From a virus (Duplodnaviria > Caudoviricetes): a stretch of DNA of 64,000 bases. Location of the stretch: IMG/VR virus record IMGVR_UViG_3300049595_005065; one strand, written 5' to 3'. Below are positions 17,400-28,100 of the stretch, in pieces. Both the position numbers and the translations under genes were made by a program. Position 1 is the stretch's first letter. The number at the start of each line of letters is the position of its first letter. The notes under the pieces were generated by a model. That model was not told the origin of the DNA. It did not search any database and saw only the letters and a program-made list of their open reading frames with translations.

Positions 17400-20225
17400 A
17401 TGTCGAGCTACGTCAAACCACAAGTTCTCGTTTTCCAGGAATTCACGATCGTCCCGACGGAGATCACGGAGCCGCTGCGCGCTCACGTCTCCGGCCCGCA
17501 TGCCGTCCTCCATCGCTACAGCGATGTTGACGAGAAGCCGCTGTGTCGGCTCGGCGCGTACGACTACCTGAACGACGTTTGCTACCCGTGGCCGGGCCGC
17601 CTGGCCGGTTCGCGCGTCGATCAGGGCTATACGAAGCTCCACATCGACAACGCGCTGCTCCTTTATTACACCCACACGATCGGCCAGGTTTCCACGACGG
17701 TCACGGCCGTCGAGGGCCGCTCGAACTGGATTTACGCCAGCAACCTCAAGTTCAAGAGCAACGGCGCGACCTATGCTCGCAGCGATGTGTTCGGCGACCG
17801 CGACGTCCAGCTGGGCGACGTGGTGCAGCTCCGCACCGTAAGCCAGGACAACGACTGCGAGGAAGTCACTCTCGAGACGATCGTCACCGGCTTCGCCAGC
17901 GAGATGGTCGCTTCGGATGTCGATGCCGCGCGCTCTGACGACGACAACCAGGACACCGTCGCCTCGACGACCGCCAGCATCTCGAAGACCGCGGGCCCGG
18001 ACAACTGCATCGTGGCTACCGTGAGCGCGAGCGGCTACACCGGCCTCGTCGACGGTGACGTCGAGGAGGAGTACACGATCGAGGTCATCAAGAGCTCGGT
18101 CCCCGGCTGCACCGCCGCGCGCCTGCGCGTCACGTCGGCCAGCGGCAACGACGATGTGGCCGAGGTCACTCCCGCCGAGCTGTGGGGCGACCCGACCGAG
18201 ATCGGCACGCGCGGCCTCACCGTGGCGTTTGACTACGACCCCGGCCTGAGCTGCTCTTCGGCCGCGGACGATGACGACGTTGAGCCGGACGCGCTCGTGG
18301 TCGGCCAGAAGTGGGTGGTGACCGTGAGCCAGGCCTTCACGAAGGTCGAGGCGACATCGGGCGGCACCTACACCGGCGCCAAGAACGACGTCTACGTTGT
18401 GGAGTGCACCAAGGGCGGCCTGTGGGCTGATCTCCCCGAGATCACCGTGCGCACCGTGAAGGGCCTCGACTTCTCGGGTCCGACCGAGGTGACCGACGAC
18501 AACGTCACGGTCGACATCGGCTCGAGCGGCGTGAACATCGAGTTCCACGGCGCCACCAACGGCAGCTCGATCCCCGGGCTTCGCAAGGGCGACAAGTGGT
18601 ACATCACGGTCACCTCGAGCCAGGCCGGTCCGGTCCGCAAGCTCATCCTCCGGGATGACCTTCCGGTCGCGATGCGCTCGGCCGAGGACATGGACCTGCG
18701 GCTTTACATCAAGGACGACATCGAGGTTTCGCTCAATCGCGTCGGCTTTGCGCCGATGACGAATTACGAGCAGGAAGCCACGCAGATCTGCGTCCATGAG
18801 GGCATCGTTGCCTACCATCCCGAGTGGACGGACGGCGGCGTCGAGCAGCCGCTGGAAGTGCGCGCGGGCGATCTGTACGTGACCTACCGCGAGTGGCTCA
18901 GCGAGCTGGCCGACGAGGTCAACTCGATCAGCACCGTGGCGGACCTCGACCAGATCAAGGGCCAGACGCACCCGGACAACCCGCTGAAGTACGGCGTCTA
19001 CAAGGCGCTGTCCAACAGCAACGGCACTGTGGTGAAGTACACCGCCGTGGCCGAGCCGGAAGACCTCGACAGCTGGGTTCAGGTGCTCGAGCGGATCAAG
19101 GGCCGGGACGACATCTACAACCTCGTCCCGATGACCTTCGACCGACGGGTGCACAACCTGTACGCGGCGCACATCAACGGCGAGTCAAACGAGATCAGCA
19201 ACAACTGGAAGGGTGGTTTCTTCGGCCTGCAGGCCGTGACCACCAAGAAGCTTGTCGGCGAGGGCGCCGCGATCGCGGGCGTCTCGGGCAACACGATCAC
19301 CGATCCGGTGCTCGCGACGCTCTCGGACGATCCGAACGCCACGGGCGCCGACCAGTTCACGCTGCTCCAGGTGACCGAGGGCTCGGGCTACTTCATCACC
19401 AACGGCGTGCAGCCGGGTGACGTGGTGCGCTACCTCTACACCGTGGACGGCTTCGGCGAAGAGCAGTACCAGGAGTTTGTCGTGGATCAGGTGATCTCCG
19501 AGAACTCGCTGCTTCTCTACTCCGGCGCCGCCGCGGCCGTGACGGAGCCGCAGCGCTTCGAGATCTACCACACCCTCAACCGCAACGAGGTCGCGGACGA
19601 CCTGGCCGAGCAGGCCGGTTCGCTCTCGAACCGTCGCGTGTGCGCGGTGTGGCCGGATCAGGTGGGCGAGGCGGGCACGCTGGTGGCGGGTTACTACCTC
19701 GCCGCCGCGCTGGCCGGTCTGGCGTCGGGCGTTGTCCCGCACCAGGGCCTCACGAACGTGGAAGTTGCGGGCTTCGACGACTTCACCCGCAGCTACAAGT
19801 ACTTCAACGAGACCCAGCTGAATCGGATGGCCGAGGCAGGAGTGTGGATCGTGACGGAAGACCGTGACGGTACGCCGCACTCGCGGCACGCGCTGACGAC
19901 GGATAACCTCGACCTGAACCGTCGGGAAGAGATGATCCGCCGCAACGTGGACTCGATGTCGTACCTGTTCCTGCGTCGTCTGCGTCCGTACATCGGCCGC
20001 GCCAACGCCACGCCGACCATGGTCAGCGTGCTTGGGGACGAAGTCACGGCCCTGATCGACTTCTTCAAGACCAACGGAGCTACGGCCGAACTGGGTTCGC
20101 AGCTCATCGACGGCGAGATCCGCATCCTGCGCATCCACCCGTTGCTTCGCGATCGGATCGAGATTGTGCTCGATCTGACGGTCCCGGCCCCGCTCAACAA
20201 CATCGAACTCCACCTTGTTGTCTGA
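17400..20225 (+). CDS. tail sheath protein (large, 941 aa)
   Basis: Typical sheath C-terminus (RRNVDSMSYLFLRRLRPYIGRAN...DRIEIVLDLTVPAPLNNIELHLVV); followed by a 157-aa tube-sized gene. Confidence 0.85.
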   Translation: MSSYVKPQVLVFQEFTIVPTEITEPLRAHVSGPHAVLHRYSDVDEKPLCRLGAYDYLNDVCYPWPGRLAGSRVDQGYTKLHIDNALLLYYTHTIGQVSTTVTAVEGRSNWIYASNLKFKSNGATYARSDVFGDRDVQLGDVVQLRTVSQDNDCEEVTLETIVTGFASEMVASDVDAARSDDDNQDTVASTTASISKTAGPDNCIVATVSASGYTGLVDGDVEEEYTIEVIKSSVPGCTAARLRVTSASGNDDVAEVTPAELWGDPTEIGTRGLTVAFDYDPGLSCSSAADDDDVEPDALVVGQKWVVTVSQAFTKVEATSGGTYTGAKNDVYVVECTKGGLWADLPEITVRTVKGLDFSGPTEVTDDNVTVDIGSSGVNIEFHGATNGSSIPGLRKGDKWYITVTSSQAGPVRKLILRDDLPVAMRSAEDMDLRLYIKDDIEVSLNRVGFAPMTNYEQEATQICVHEGIVAYHPEWTDGGVEQPLEVRAGDLYVTYREWLSELADEVNSISTVADLDQIKGQTHPDNPLKYGVYKALSNSNGTVVKYTAVAEPEDLDSWVQVLERIKGRDDIYNLVPMTFDRRVHNLYAAHINGESNEISNNWKGGFFGLQAVTTKKLVGEGAAIAGVSGNTITDPVLATLSDDPNATGADQFTLLQVTEGSGYFITNGVQPGDVVRYLYTVDGFGEEQYQEFVVDQVISENSLLLYSGAAAAVTEPQRFEIYHTLNRNEVADDLAEQAGSLSNRRVCAVWPDQVGEAGTLVAGYYLAAALAGLASGVVPHQGLTNVEVAGFDDFTRSYKYFNETQLNRMAEAGVWIVTEDRDGTPHSRHALTTDNLDLNRREEMIRRNVDSMSYLFLRRLRPYIGRANATPTMVSVLGDEVTALIDFFKTNGATAELGSQLIDGEIRILRIHPLLRDRIEIVLDLTVPAPLNNIELHLVV

Positions 20226-20247
20226 GAATTTCTAGGAGAACAAACAC

Positions 20248-20721
20248 ATGGCTTTGAGTGCATTTGCGGCAGGCGGCGGCAAGGACCAGTTTTTCAACGG
20301 GGCCTTCCGCGCCGACGACGTGAAGCTGAACTGGACCGGTGGTGGGGCCAAGGAGGGCGCTCTGGTGCAGAGCGCGCAGTGGCAGTGCCAGCGGACGGTC
20401 AACTTCCTGTACGAGATCGGCTCGACGGCGGTGTATTACGTCGGCAATCGGCGTCAGGGCAACGCGACCTTCACGCGCGTTGTGGCTGGCAGCCAGACGT
20501 TCAAGACGATGGTGAAGACGTTTGGCAACCTCTGCAAGCCGGAGAACCTGACGATCGACGCCACGCAGGCGGCGTGCAAGAACGGAGCGACGACCGGCGG
20601 CGGCGTGAAGTACACGCTCGTCAGCGCGACGTTGACCCAGGTCGGCGGCAACGTCACGGCGAACGACATCGTTATCAACGAGCAGCTTGGCTTCATGTTT
20701 GTCGACCTCTACTACGTCTGA
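20248..20721 (+). CDS. tail tube protein
   Basis: 157 aa directly after the sheath; LVQSAQWQCQRTVNFLYEIGS..YYVG.R.QG..TFTRVV pattern. Confidence 0.75.
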   Translation: MALSAFAAGGGKDQFFNGAFRADDVKLNWTGGGAKEGALVQSAQWQCQRTVNFLYEIGSTAVYYVGNRRQGNATFTRVVAGSQTFKTMVKTFGNLCKPENLTIDATQAACKNGATTGGGVKYTLVSATLTQVGGNVTANDIVINEQLGFMFVDLYYV

Positions 20722-20757
20722 CGCAGTAGATTCGGCAAGCTGAACAACCAGACCAAG

Positions 20758-20789
20758 AGCGGCGGTTGCGCTTTGCGCAGCCGCCGCTT
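20758..20789 (+). terminator. long GC-rich hairpin after the tube gene
   Basis: AGCGGCGGTTGCGC-TTT-GCGCAGCCGCCGCT, about 14 bp with one G-U pair. Confidence 0.55.
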
Positions 20790-20848
20790 ACGGTATTAGG
20801 CGTCTCAACCGCGCCTGGGGCCTTCGGGCCCGCAACCACACCGAACAG

Positions 20849-23734
20849 GTGGACAACATGAGCCCGACACCGGCCCCCAAGCCTGTGGGACAAACTCCAC
20901 AGACCAGCCAGGCGACCGTACAAGATCCGTCGGCCGCCGCCCGCCGCATCCAGGCGGCCCTCTCCGGCAGCCGCAGCGCCACCGCGGCGCTGGGCGCCCA
21001 GCTTGCCGCCGTCGCCGACCCCAATTGCAAGCAGGTCGGTTACAAGCTCGGATTCCAAGACACCGGTCGGCTCGTTCTGGGCTGGGTCGTCGACGGCACG
21101 GCGATCGCCAACTGTTACCGCGTCCAGGTCGAGAAGGGCCGGGCGCCGCTGATGGCGGCCACCGTGTCCGGCACGACGCAGGCCTGCTTCGGCGCCTCGG
21201 AAATTAACACCTACACCCCGGGCACGCCCGTGGTGTTAATGATCCACGACAAGGTCGACCTGGCTTACATTCTCGGCGCCGCGCCGAGCGTGCTCGACGT
21301 GGCGTACCGCGGCTACCACGACTACATCTCCCAGATGTCGCGGAAGCGGGTCGACGACTGCCACAAGAAATACCTCAAGATGCCGATGGGCGGCGAGGTG
21401 AGCGACCTCAGCGCGTGGCGGCCGATTGACGCCACCCTGGCCAGCGAGTGGGGCGCCGTAAGCACGACCGGGATGCGCGTCACCCTGGACGACTTCCTGG
21501 TGCAGATGTCCGTCAACGAGTTCACGGGCGTCTTCGGCTTCTACCACGACGCCATGCTGCGGGTAAGCGGCTACAACCTCCAGACCTGGACCGGCGGACA
21601 CGAGCGCGACGCCTACGTCGATCAGGGCGAATACAACGACTACCAGGGCTATTCGCCGTATCCATGGGAGGCGATCGGCCTGCTCCAGCCCGGCACGCCT
21701 AACATCGCGGAGTACACGCCCAAAACCTACCTCTGCCCGACGGGCAAGCCGTACTACGCCCACTTTGAGAACAAGCACGAATACCAGCAGCCGTTCCACC
21801 GGACGCAGGTGTTTCAGGGCTACCTGGGCCAGGGCATGCGAACCGTGGTCCAGGCGCCGCCCGAAGGCGTCGACCGCTGGACGTACGAACCGGGCCAGGC
21901 TGGTTCCGCGGGATCGGTGTACGACTCAAATATCGAGGCCGAGAACGCCACGCCGCCCCAGTGCACGCCCGGCGAGGACAAGCTCCGCGACTTTCCCAAC
22001 GAGAACACGCCCGCGATTGGCCTCCACGAGGACAACATCGCCGCCGACGGCCGCCGCTTCATGGCCAGCGCCAAGGGCATCATCATCGCCAAGCGGATGC
22101 TCATCCCCGTTCCGGCGCGCTGGAAGCGCCCCGAGGCGGGAGACGGCGACGACGCCGAGCGGAACTACAAGGCGGCCAGCAAGCTCGGCTCTGGCCCGGA
22201 CCACAAGATCACCGGCGACATCAAGGCCGAGGATGATTTCCCCAGCCTGCAGCGGGCCAGCGGCGTGCTCGACCTCCACGCGTACCTGTTCAACTACGCG
22301 GGGATTCATCCGTTCTTCTGGCACACCAAGGACTACAAGACCTGGGAGCACGACGAGCTGGATTACGCGGAGGCCAACCAGCGCGTCCCGGACTTCACAA
22401 TGCTCAAGGGCTCGATGTACCTCGACTCGCCGCAGCCCAAGAAAATCTACATCGACCACCGCTACAAGCAGCAGGACTTCTACGAGACCACCGCGCACCT
22501 CTCCCTCCTGGACGACGGCAGCGTGGTCATTGGTGACGGCTACGGCGCCGAGATCCGCATGAGCGCGGGCGTGCTGACGCTCTCGGCCCCGGGCGACGTC
22601 TGGATCAAGAGCGGGCGCCACTCACAGATCTGGTCCGGCGGCGACGCCATCGTCCGCTCCAACGGAAACGTCGACATTTCGACCACCGAGAAGAGCGTCC
22701 GCATCAAGAGCGAGAAGGACGTGCTCGTGCTCGCCGGGAACACGGGCGGCCCCGGCGGCGTGCTCATCGAGAGCCGCTCCAAGCTTCAGCAGTACGACTT
22801 CGAGAAGGCGGGCGACGAGATCCAGTTTGGCGGTGTGGTGCTCCGCGCGCCGGATTCCAACGTCGTCAGCCTGGCCCACCAGATCTACCTGCGTACCGGT
22901 GGCGGCGGCAGCTCAATCCGGCCAGGCAACATCACCATCGACGCCGGGAAGGGCGAGGCGGACCTGGTGACCAAGAGCGACCAGCTCTTCCATTACATCG
23001 GTCAGAACGGCCAGATCTGCCACTTCTTCCGGTCCAGCGCCGACGACGACACGCAGAAGGCGAATTACTTCTCGAAGGACTTTACGCTCCTGGCGGGCCC
23101 GCTCGCTGTCGATCAGGAAGTGCTCGCCAACGGCACCATCATCGCCAAGGGGAACGTGATTGCCGCGCAGGGCGCCATGGTCGCTGAGCAGGGCTACCCC
23201 TTCGTGGCGCCCTGTATCAACGAGTGCAAATCCAAGTGCGAGGAGGCGCTCGAGAAGTGCCGCCAGTATGCCGAAGAAATCATTCCCGACATCGGCGACA
23301 ACATCGACGAAACTTATCTCGAAGGCCTGTGGTACGGCGATAAACAGCCTGGCAACAACCGCGTCATGGACATCATGCAGTTCTCGTTCCGCACCGACGA
23401 GCAGTACAAGATCCCCGACTTCCTGCTGTACGAGGACCGCTGGCAGCAGATGGCCCGGCTTGCCGACCGAATTCCAGAACGCTGGACGGAGAAACCGGTG
23501 AAGTCCGAGGTCGCCGGAGAGACGTATCCGTTCCCCGGCAAGAAGTGGTTGCAGGACGAGGACGCCTACGCCACGCAGGACTTCAACCTCGTGGAGAACC
23601 AGGGCGACGGCCTGCTCGACAAGCGCCGCGGCGACGAGGGCGCATTAGCCGGAGAGTACGCCGATCCGAGCTTCAAGAGCGCCGAAAAGAAGAAGATCAA
23701 CGGGGAGTACCCGATCGTCGGTGTCATTAAATAA
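20849..23734 (+). CDS. baseplate central spike/hub-associated protein (gp5/VgrG-like)
   Basis: N-terminal OB-fold-like GWVVD...CYRVQV...YTPGTPVVL; later beta-helix-like repeats (EIRMSAGVLTLSAPGDVWIKSG..IVRSNGNVDISTTEKSVRIKS). The start may be ATG 20858. Confidence 0.55.
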   Translation: MDNMSPTPAPKPVGQTPQTSQATVQDPSAAARRIQAALSGSRSATAALGAQLAAVADPNCKQVGYKLGFQDTGRLVLGWVVDGTAIANCYRVQVEKGRAPLMAATVSGTTQACFGASEINTYTPGTPVVLMIHDKVDLAYILGAAPSVLDVAYRGYHDYISQMSRKRVDDCHKKYLKMPMGGEVSDLSAWRPIDATLASEWGAVSTTGMRVTLDDFLVQMSVNEFTGVFGFYHDAMLRVSGYNLQTWTGGHERDAYVDQGEYNDYQGYSPYPWEAIGLLQPGTPNIAEYTPKTYLCPTGKPYYAHFENKHEYQQPFHRTQVFQGYLGQGMRTVVQAPPEGVDRWTYEPGQAGSAGSVYDSNIEAENATPPQCTPGEDKLRDFPNENTPAIGLHEDNIAADGRRFMASAKGIIIAKRMLIPVPARWKRPEAGDGDDAERNYKAASKLGSGPDHKITGDIKAEDDFPSLQRASGVLDLHAYLFNYAGIHPFFWHTKDYKTWEHDELDYAEANQRVPDFTMLKGSMYLDSPQPKKIYIDHRYKQQDFYETTAHLSLLDDGSVVIGDGYGAEIRMSAGVLTLSAPGDVWIKSGRHSQIWSGGDAIVRSNGNVDISTTEKSVRIKSEKDVLVLAGNTGGPGGVLIESRSKLQQYDFEKAGDEIQFGGVVLRAPDSNVVSLAHQIYLRTGGGGSSIRPGNITIDAGKGEADLVTKSDQLFHYIGQNGQICHFFRSSADDDTQKANYFSKDFTLLAGPLAVDQEVLANGTIIAKGNVIAAQGAMVAEQGYPFVAPCINECKSKCEEALEKCRQYAEEIIPDIGDNIDETYLEGLWYGDKQPGNNRVMDIMQFSFRTDEQYKIPDFLLYEDRWQQMARLADRIPERWTEKPVKSEVAGETYPFPGKKWLQDEDAYATQDFNLVENQGDGLLDKRRGDEGALAGEYADPSFKSAEKKKINGEYPIVGVIK

Positions 23735-23744
23735 GGAGGCGACT

Positions 23745-24737
23745 GTGGAACTGGTGGAGAATCCGTTCGTTTCTGATTTCACCAAGCGAACGCTGGAGCA
23801 GTTCGGTTGGAAGACCGGCGACGCCATTCCGGCGGAGCTAGGCGCTGCGCTGTTACGTTACAAAGAGACCGCGCCGCGATCCGCCAGGACAGACGTACTG
23901 GTCGACGCCGCGGTGTTGAGCCCCGAGATCGTCGAAGAAGTGAAGGGCATGCTGGCGACGGCCAAGAAGGTCGCCGCGAACCGCGCCCGGGCGGAAGAGG
24001 TCGACCAGGTCGCGCAAGAAATGAACCCGGACGTGGCGGCGCTCTACAAGTCGCTGGAAGCCGCGGCACATGGCCCGGAGATCGTTGATGACCGGGCTGC
24101 AGAAACTGAGCCTACTCCTGCGGCAACCCCTGCGCCAGCACCGGCACCCCAGCCAGTTGATCCGGCGGACATCCCGGTGACGTCGGCGCCGATGGTCATT
24201 CTGCCGTTCTGCCCCCGCTGCGGCTGGGACATGCGGCAGAAGTTCGAGGTCACGGTTACCGAGGCCGACAAGCAGGACTTCCTGGTGGCGACGCTGGGCA
24301 GCCAGAGGTTCCAGCGCCGGTTTGATATCTTTGGCGGCAAGATGGTCCTCGTCTTCCGCACGCTCCTGGCGGAAGAGAACCGCCTGATCATGCGGCAGCT
24401 GGTGCTCGACCAGCAGACGAAGGACGTCGCCACCGAGGACGAGTGGTTCCTTCGGCTTATGGAATACCGCCTGGCGTGCTCCCTGGAGGCTGTGCTTGAC
24501 GGCAAGGACAAGCCGCTTCACGTGATTCCCACGCTGGCGGAGTACCCGCACACGCCGCCGCCCGAGCGGCCGCTCGAGACGGCGCTGGTGAGCCTGCGGA
24601 CGCACGTCAACGACAAGGTTCTGGCGCAGGAGGTCACGCGCCGCATTGCCGGGCAGCACCTCCGGCAGTTTCAGCGGCTCGTCGAAGCGCTCGAGGCCAT
24701 GGCGCTTGAACCAAGTTTTTGGGAAGGGATCGGGTAG
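23745..24737 (+). CDS. probable tail assembly chaperone (gpG-like)
   Basis: AGGAGG SD plus GTG; CPRC motif; VFRTL..EE pattern; two genes upstream of the tape measure. Confidence 0.5.
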   Translation: MELVENPFVSDFTKRTLEQFGWKTGDAIPAELGAALLRYKETAPRSARTDVLVDAAVLSPEIVEEVKGMLATAKKVAANRARAEEVDQVAQEMNPDVAALYKSLEAAAHGPEIVDDRAAETEPTPAATPAPAPAPQPVDPADIPVTSAPMVILPFCPRCGWDMRQKFEVTVTEADKQDFLVATLGSQRFQRRFDIFGGKMVLVFRTLLAEENRLIMRQLVLDQQTKDVATEDEWFLRLMEYRLACSLEAVLDGKDKPLHVIPTLAEYPHTPPPERPLETALVSLRTHVNDKVLAQEVTRRIAGQHLRQFQRLVEALEAMALEPSFWEGIG

Positions 24738-24745
24738 CGGCCCTG

Positions 24746-25108
24746 ATGGTGCGGGCTGCTGCAGGGGGAGTGATCGATTACTCCCGCGCCGATCCCCGAA
24801 ACGGACAGTGGAGACTGAAGCACCGTTTGCTGCTCTCGGAAATTGAGCGGCAGGATAACTACCGCTTGCTGGACGCCGTGCACCGGCAGTGGCTCAGCCA
24901 CGTGTCGCACGGCAGCCTGACAGAAGAGAGCTACCGAAACGTCAAAGAACGGGCAAACGAGACGCTGGAAGCCCTGCAACGGGCGCTTTTTCCCTGGTGG
25001 GCGCAACCGAAAACTGAGGGGCAAACAGATACAATAAAGCCCGAAGACCACGACATGATTGAGCGTTACAAGCGCTACCAGGAAAGCCTGCAGAACGGCG
25101 AAGAATAA
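24746..25108 (+). CDS. probable tail assembly chaperone second part (gpT-like)
   Basis: Lies in the -1 frame of the upstream gene, open from 24716, ends 2 nt before the tape measure. Confidence 0.5.
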   Translation: MVRAAAGGVIDYSRADPRNGQWRLKHRLLLSEIERQDNYRLLDAVHRQWLSHVSHGSLTEESYRNVKERANETLEALQRALFPWWAQPKTEGQTDTIKPEDHDMIERYKRYQESLQNGEE

Positions 25109-25110
25109 CG

Positions 25111-28100
25111 ATGGACCCACTCAATCCGTTTTCTGGGGGGATGTTCCGGACGCCGCATTATGGCCCGGGGCAGTCAGCGGCGCTCCTGCAGGACCCCATG
25201 TCGATGATGCTGATGATGTTCGGCATGCCCATGGTCCAGCAGCACCTCGTGGGCCGGGACAAGTTTCTGCCGCATTTAACGCCGAACCAGTCGATCATGG
25301 ACCAGTTCATGGCGTCTCAGTACCAGCGCGCCAGCATGTCGGCTCTCCTGACCACGTCAGAGTCGGGCCAGCAATCTGTTAGCAACCGAATCGCCGGAAT
25401 TATGTCGATGATGACCGGCGAACCGGTGACGCAGTTGAACCGGGAGCAGGCCGACAACATTGCTGGCGTTGTTAACAACCCGATTATGAAAATGATGCTG
25501 GGCCAGATGATCGGCCCGGACAATCTCGAGGCCGTCATGTTCGGCCGCCGGGGCGACCCGGGTGCGCTGGCCAGCGCCGTCGGCCGCGTTGGCTATTTTC
25601 GACAAGACCCAATGGGCCGAGAGCGGATGTCGGCCAAGTCGCTCGAGGAATTCACTAAGTCGATCTACGCCAACATGTATGGCGAGGGGGCAAACGTCGA
25701 CGAGATGCGCGGCTTCATGGCCGGGCAGACCGGGCAGATGTTCGAGAACCTGTTCCAGCGCGGCATGCTTCCCCAGAGCATCGGCGCGCTGACGCCCGCC
25801 GAGCGGGTGCGCGCCATCAGCCAAGAAGGGCGGCGCGACGACGCGACGATGAACCGCCTGGCCGAGGAGATGGCCCGCAACGAGCTGATGCAGAGCCAGG
25901 ACCTGTTTGACGGCCGCCGCTTCGACGAGGTCACCGACGAAGAACAGAAGCGGATCATTCAGGATCGGCTCCCGCAATATCGTGGTCGACTCGATGACAC
26001 GATGCAGAAGATCGACGACTTCCGCAACGCAGATCCGCGAGCGGCGTCGCCCGAGGACATCGAGAAGAGCGCCGGGTTCGATTCGCTGGCCCGCAACGTG
26101 GACGGCGTGAAGGTCGCCAACCGTGTCAAAGAGTTTGCCGGAGCCGTCTCCGCAGTGCGCGAGATCTTCGGCGACAACGGCAACCCGAACGCGCCGATGC
26201 CCGCCCTGCTGGCCGCCCTGGACCAGCTCACGCAGGGCTCCATGGCGCAGATGAGCACCAGCAAGGTCGAGAACACGCTGCGCCAGATGCGGCTGGCTGC
26301 CAAGGATGCCGGGATCGGCATGGAGCAGCTCATGGGCATGTCGGGCGAGATGAGCGCCTATGGCGACACGCTGGGCATCGCGCGGCCGGTCTCGCTCCAG
26401 AACACGGTCAACGCGGCCCTGATGACGCAAGCCATGCGGCAGGCCGGGAGCTTCGACAAGCCGGTCTTCGGCCGCATGGACCAGGCCACGGCATCCCGTG
26501 AGGCTGGCATGCGCATCCAGCAGGGTGACGCGTCCGGCGTAGGCAAGACGCTGGCGTCGATGGCCCGGGCGGTCGCAGAGAACCCAGAGCAGTACAAGGG
26601 GACCGAGGTCGAGGCTCTGGTGAACGCCTACAACAGCGGCCAGGAGACGTACAACTTCCAGGGGAAGCAGGTCAACCTGGCGCAGCTCGCTGGAACGGGC
26701 GGCGCTCCCGCCCTCGCCGAGCTGTTCACGCGGCCCGAGAACAAGGGCAACATGGCGACGCTGGAGATGTTCTCCTACGACCAGTCCACTCAGTATTACA
26801 TGAAGCCCGGCTACGCCGTGCTGGCGCAGCGCTACCAGCTCCAGCGCGACATGGCCAACTCGAACCTGGGCGGGTCGATCATGGACGTGGTCGACGGGGA
26901 CTCGTTTGCCCGAATGGCGGCGGGATTCGGCATCGGCGCCGACCAGGCCGAGGAAGAACAGTTCAAGTTCAGCAAGATGTTTGCGGCCGGGCTGGCGGAT
27001 GTGGTGCTCGGCGAAACCGGCAGCATGAATCCGGACGAGCGGCTCAACTACCTGATGAAGGACAACCGCGTCGGTCGGATGCTCGAGCAGCAGTTCGAAG
27101 CGCGTGGTTACTCGAAAGAAGAGTCGAAGAAGCGCGCCGCCGCGGCCCTGCCGCTGGTCATCGGTACAACGCCCGAGGAGCAGCGCGACCGGCTGGGTCG
27201 CTTTCTGTCGGCCGCCGATGTGGACGCCCAGGCCATCACCGGGCGCTCGCTGGCCGCCAACGCGCAGATGCAGAGCCCGGCAGCCCAAGCAAACTACGTG
27301 CGCAATCAGCAGCGCTCTGCCGCGCGTGCCGAGCGTTACAAGGCCATGGCGATGGGGAACGAGTCGAGCCTGCTGCAGCGCGTGTTCGAAGAAGCGGAAA
27401 AGGTCTCCCAGGGCGAGACGTTCAGCCTGGAGCGGGTAGCCAACGTGCTCACCGTCGCGGGCATGGAGAAAGCGTTTGCCGCCGACATCGCCTCTGGTTT
27501 GGAGGTCGCCTACGCCGAACGCGACAAGCTGTTTGTGCAGAAGGAAGACATCGACGGGCTCAAGGCCAGGGCTGCCGAAGGTGATGCCGACGCCATCAAG
27601 CAGCTCAAGTTCATCACCGGAACCAAGGATGACACGTCAGTCGTCACCAGCGATGAGGTCGCCAAGCGACTGGGCAGCAAGTCCAAGGAAGAGATCGAAA
27701 CTCTCTACAAGCGCCTGGTGGATGCTGGAGAGACGGACACCGACAAGCAAATTGCCGCGCTGTCCAACGCCGCGGGCATCGAGGGCGTTGAAGGCGTTCT
27801 CGACCCGAACAAGAACGAGATCACCCAGTCGCAGCTTTTCAACCTTGCCGACGGCGCGGCCCGCACGGTGTTCAAGGGCAAAACGGTCGAGGAGCAGCGT
27901 GCCAACAAGGACCGCGCACGGCAGATCGATCAATATGCGGACTCGCTCTACAACGCGACCGATTACAAGGGCAACGTCAGCGACATCGCCAGCGATCCTG
28001 AAAAAGCCAAGAAGCTCGCCGACGCGCAGAAGGCAGCCAAAGACGCGGCCCAGAAACAGGGCATCGTCATGGCCGACGAGGGCTTCAATCGGCGCGTGGA

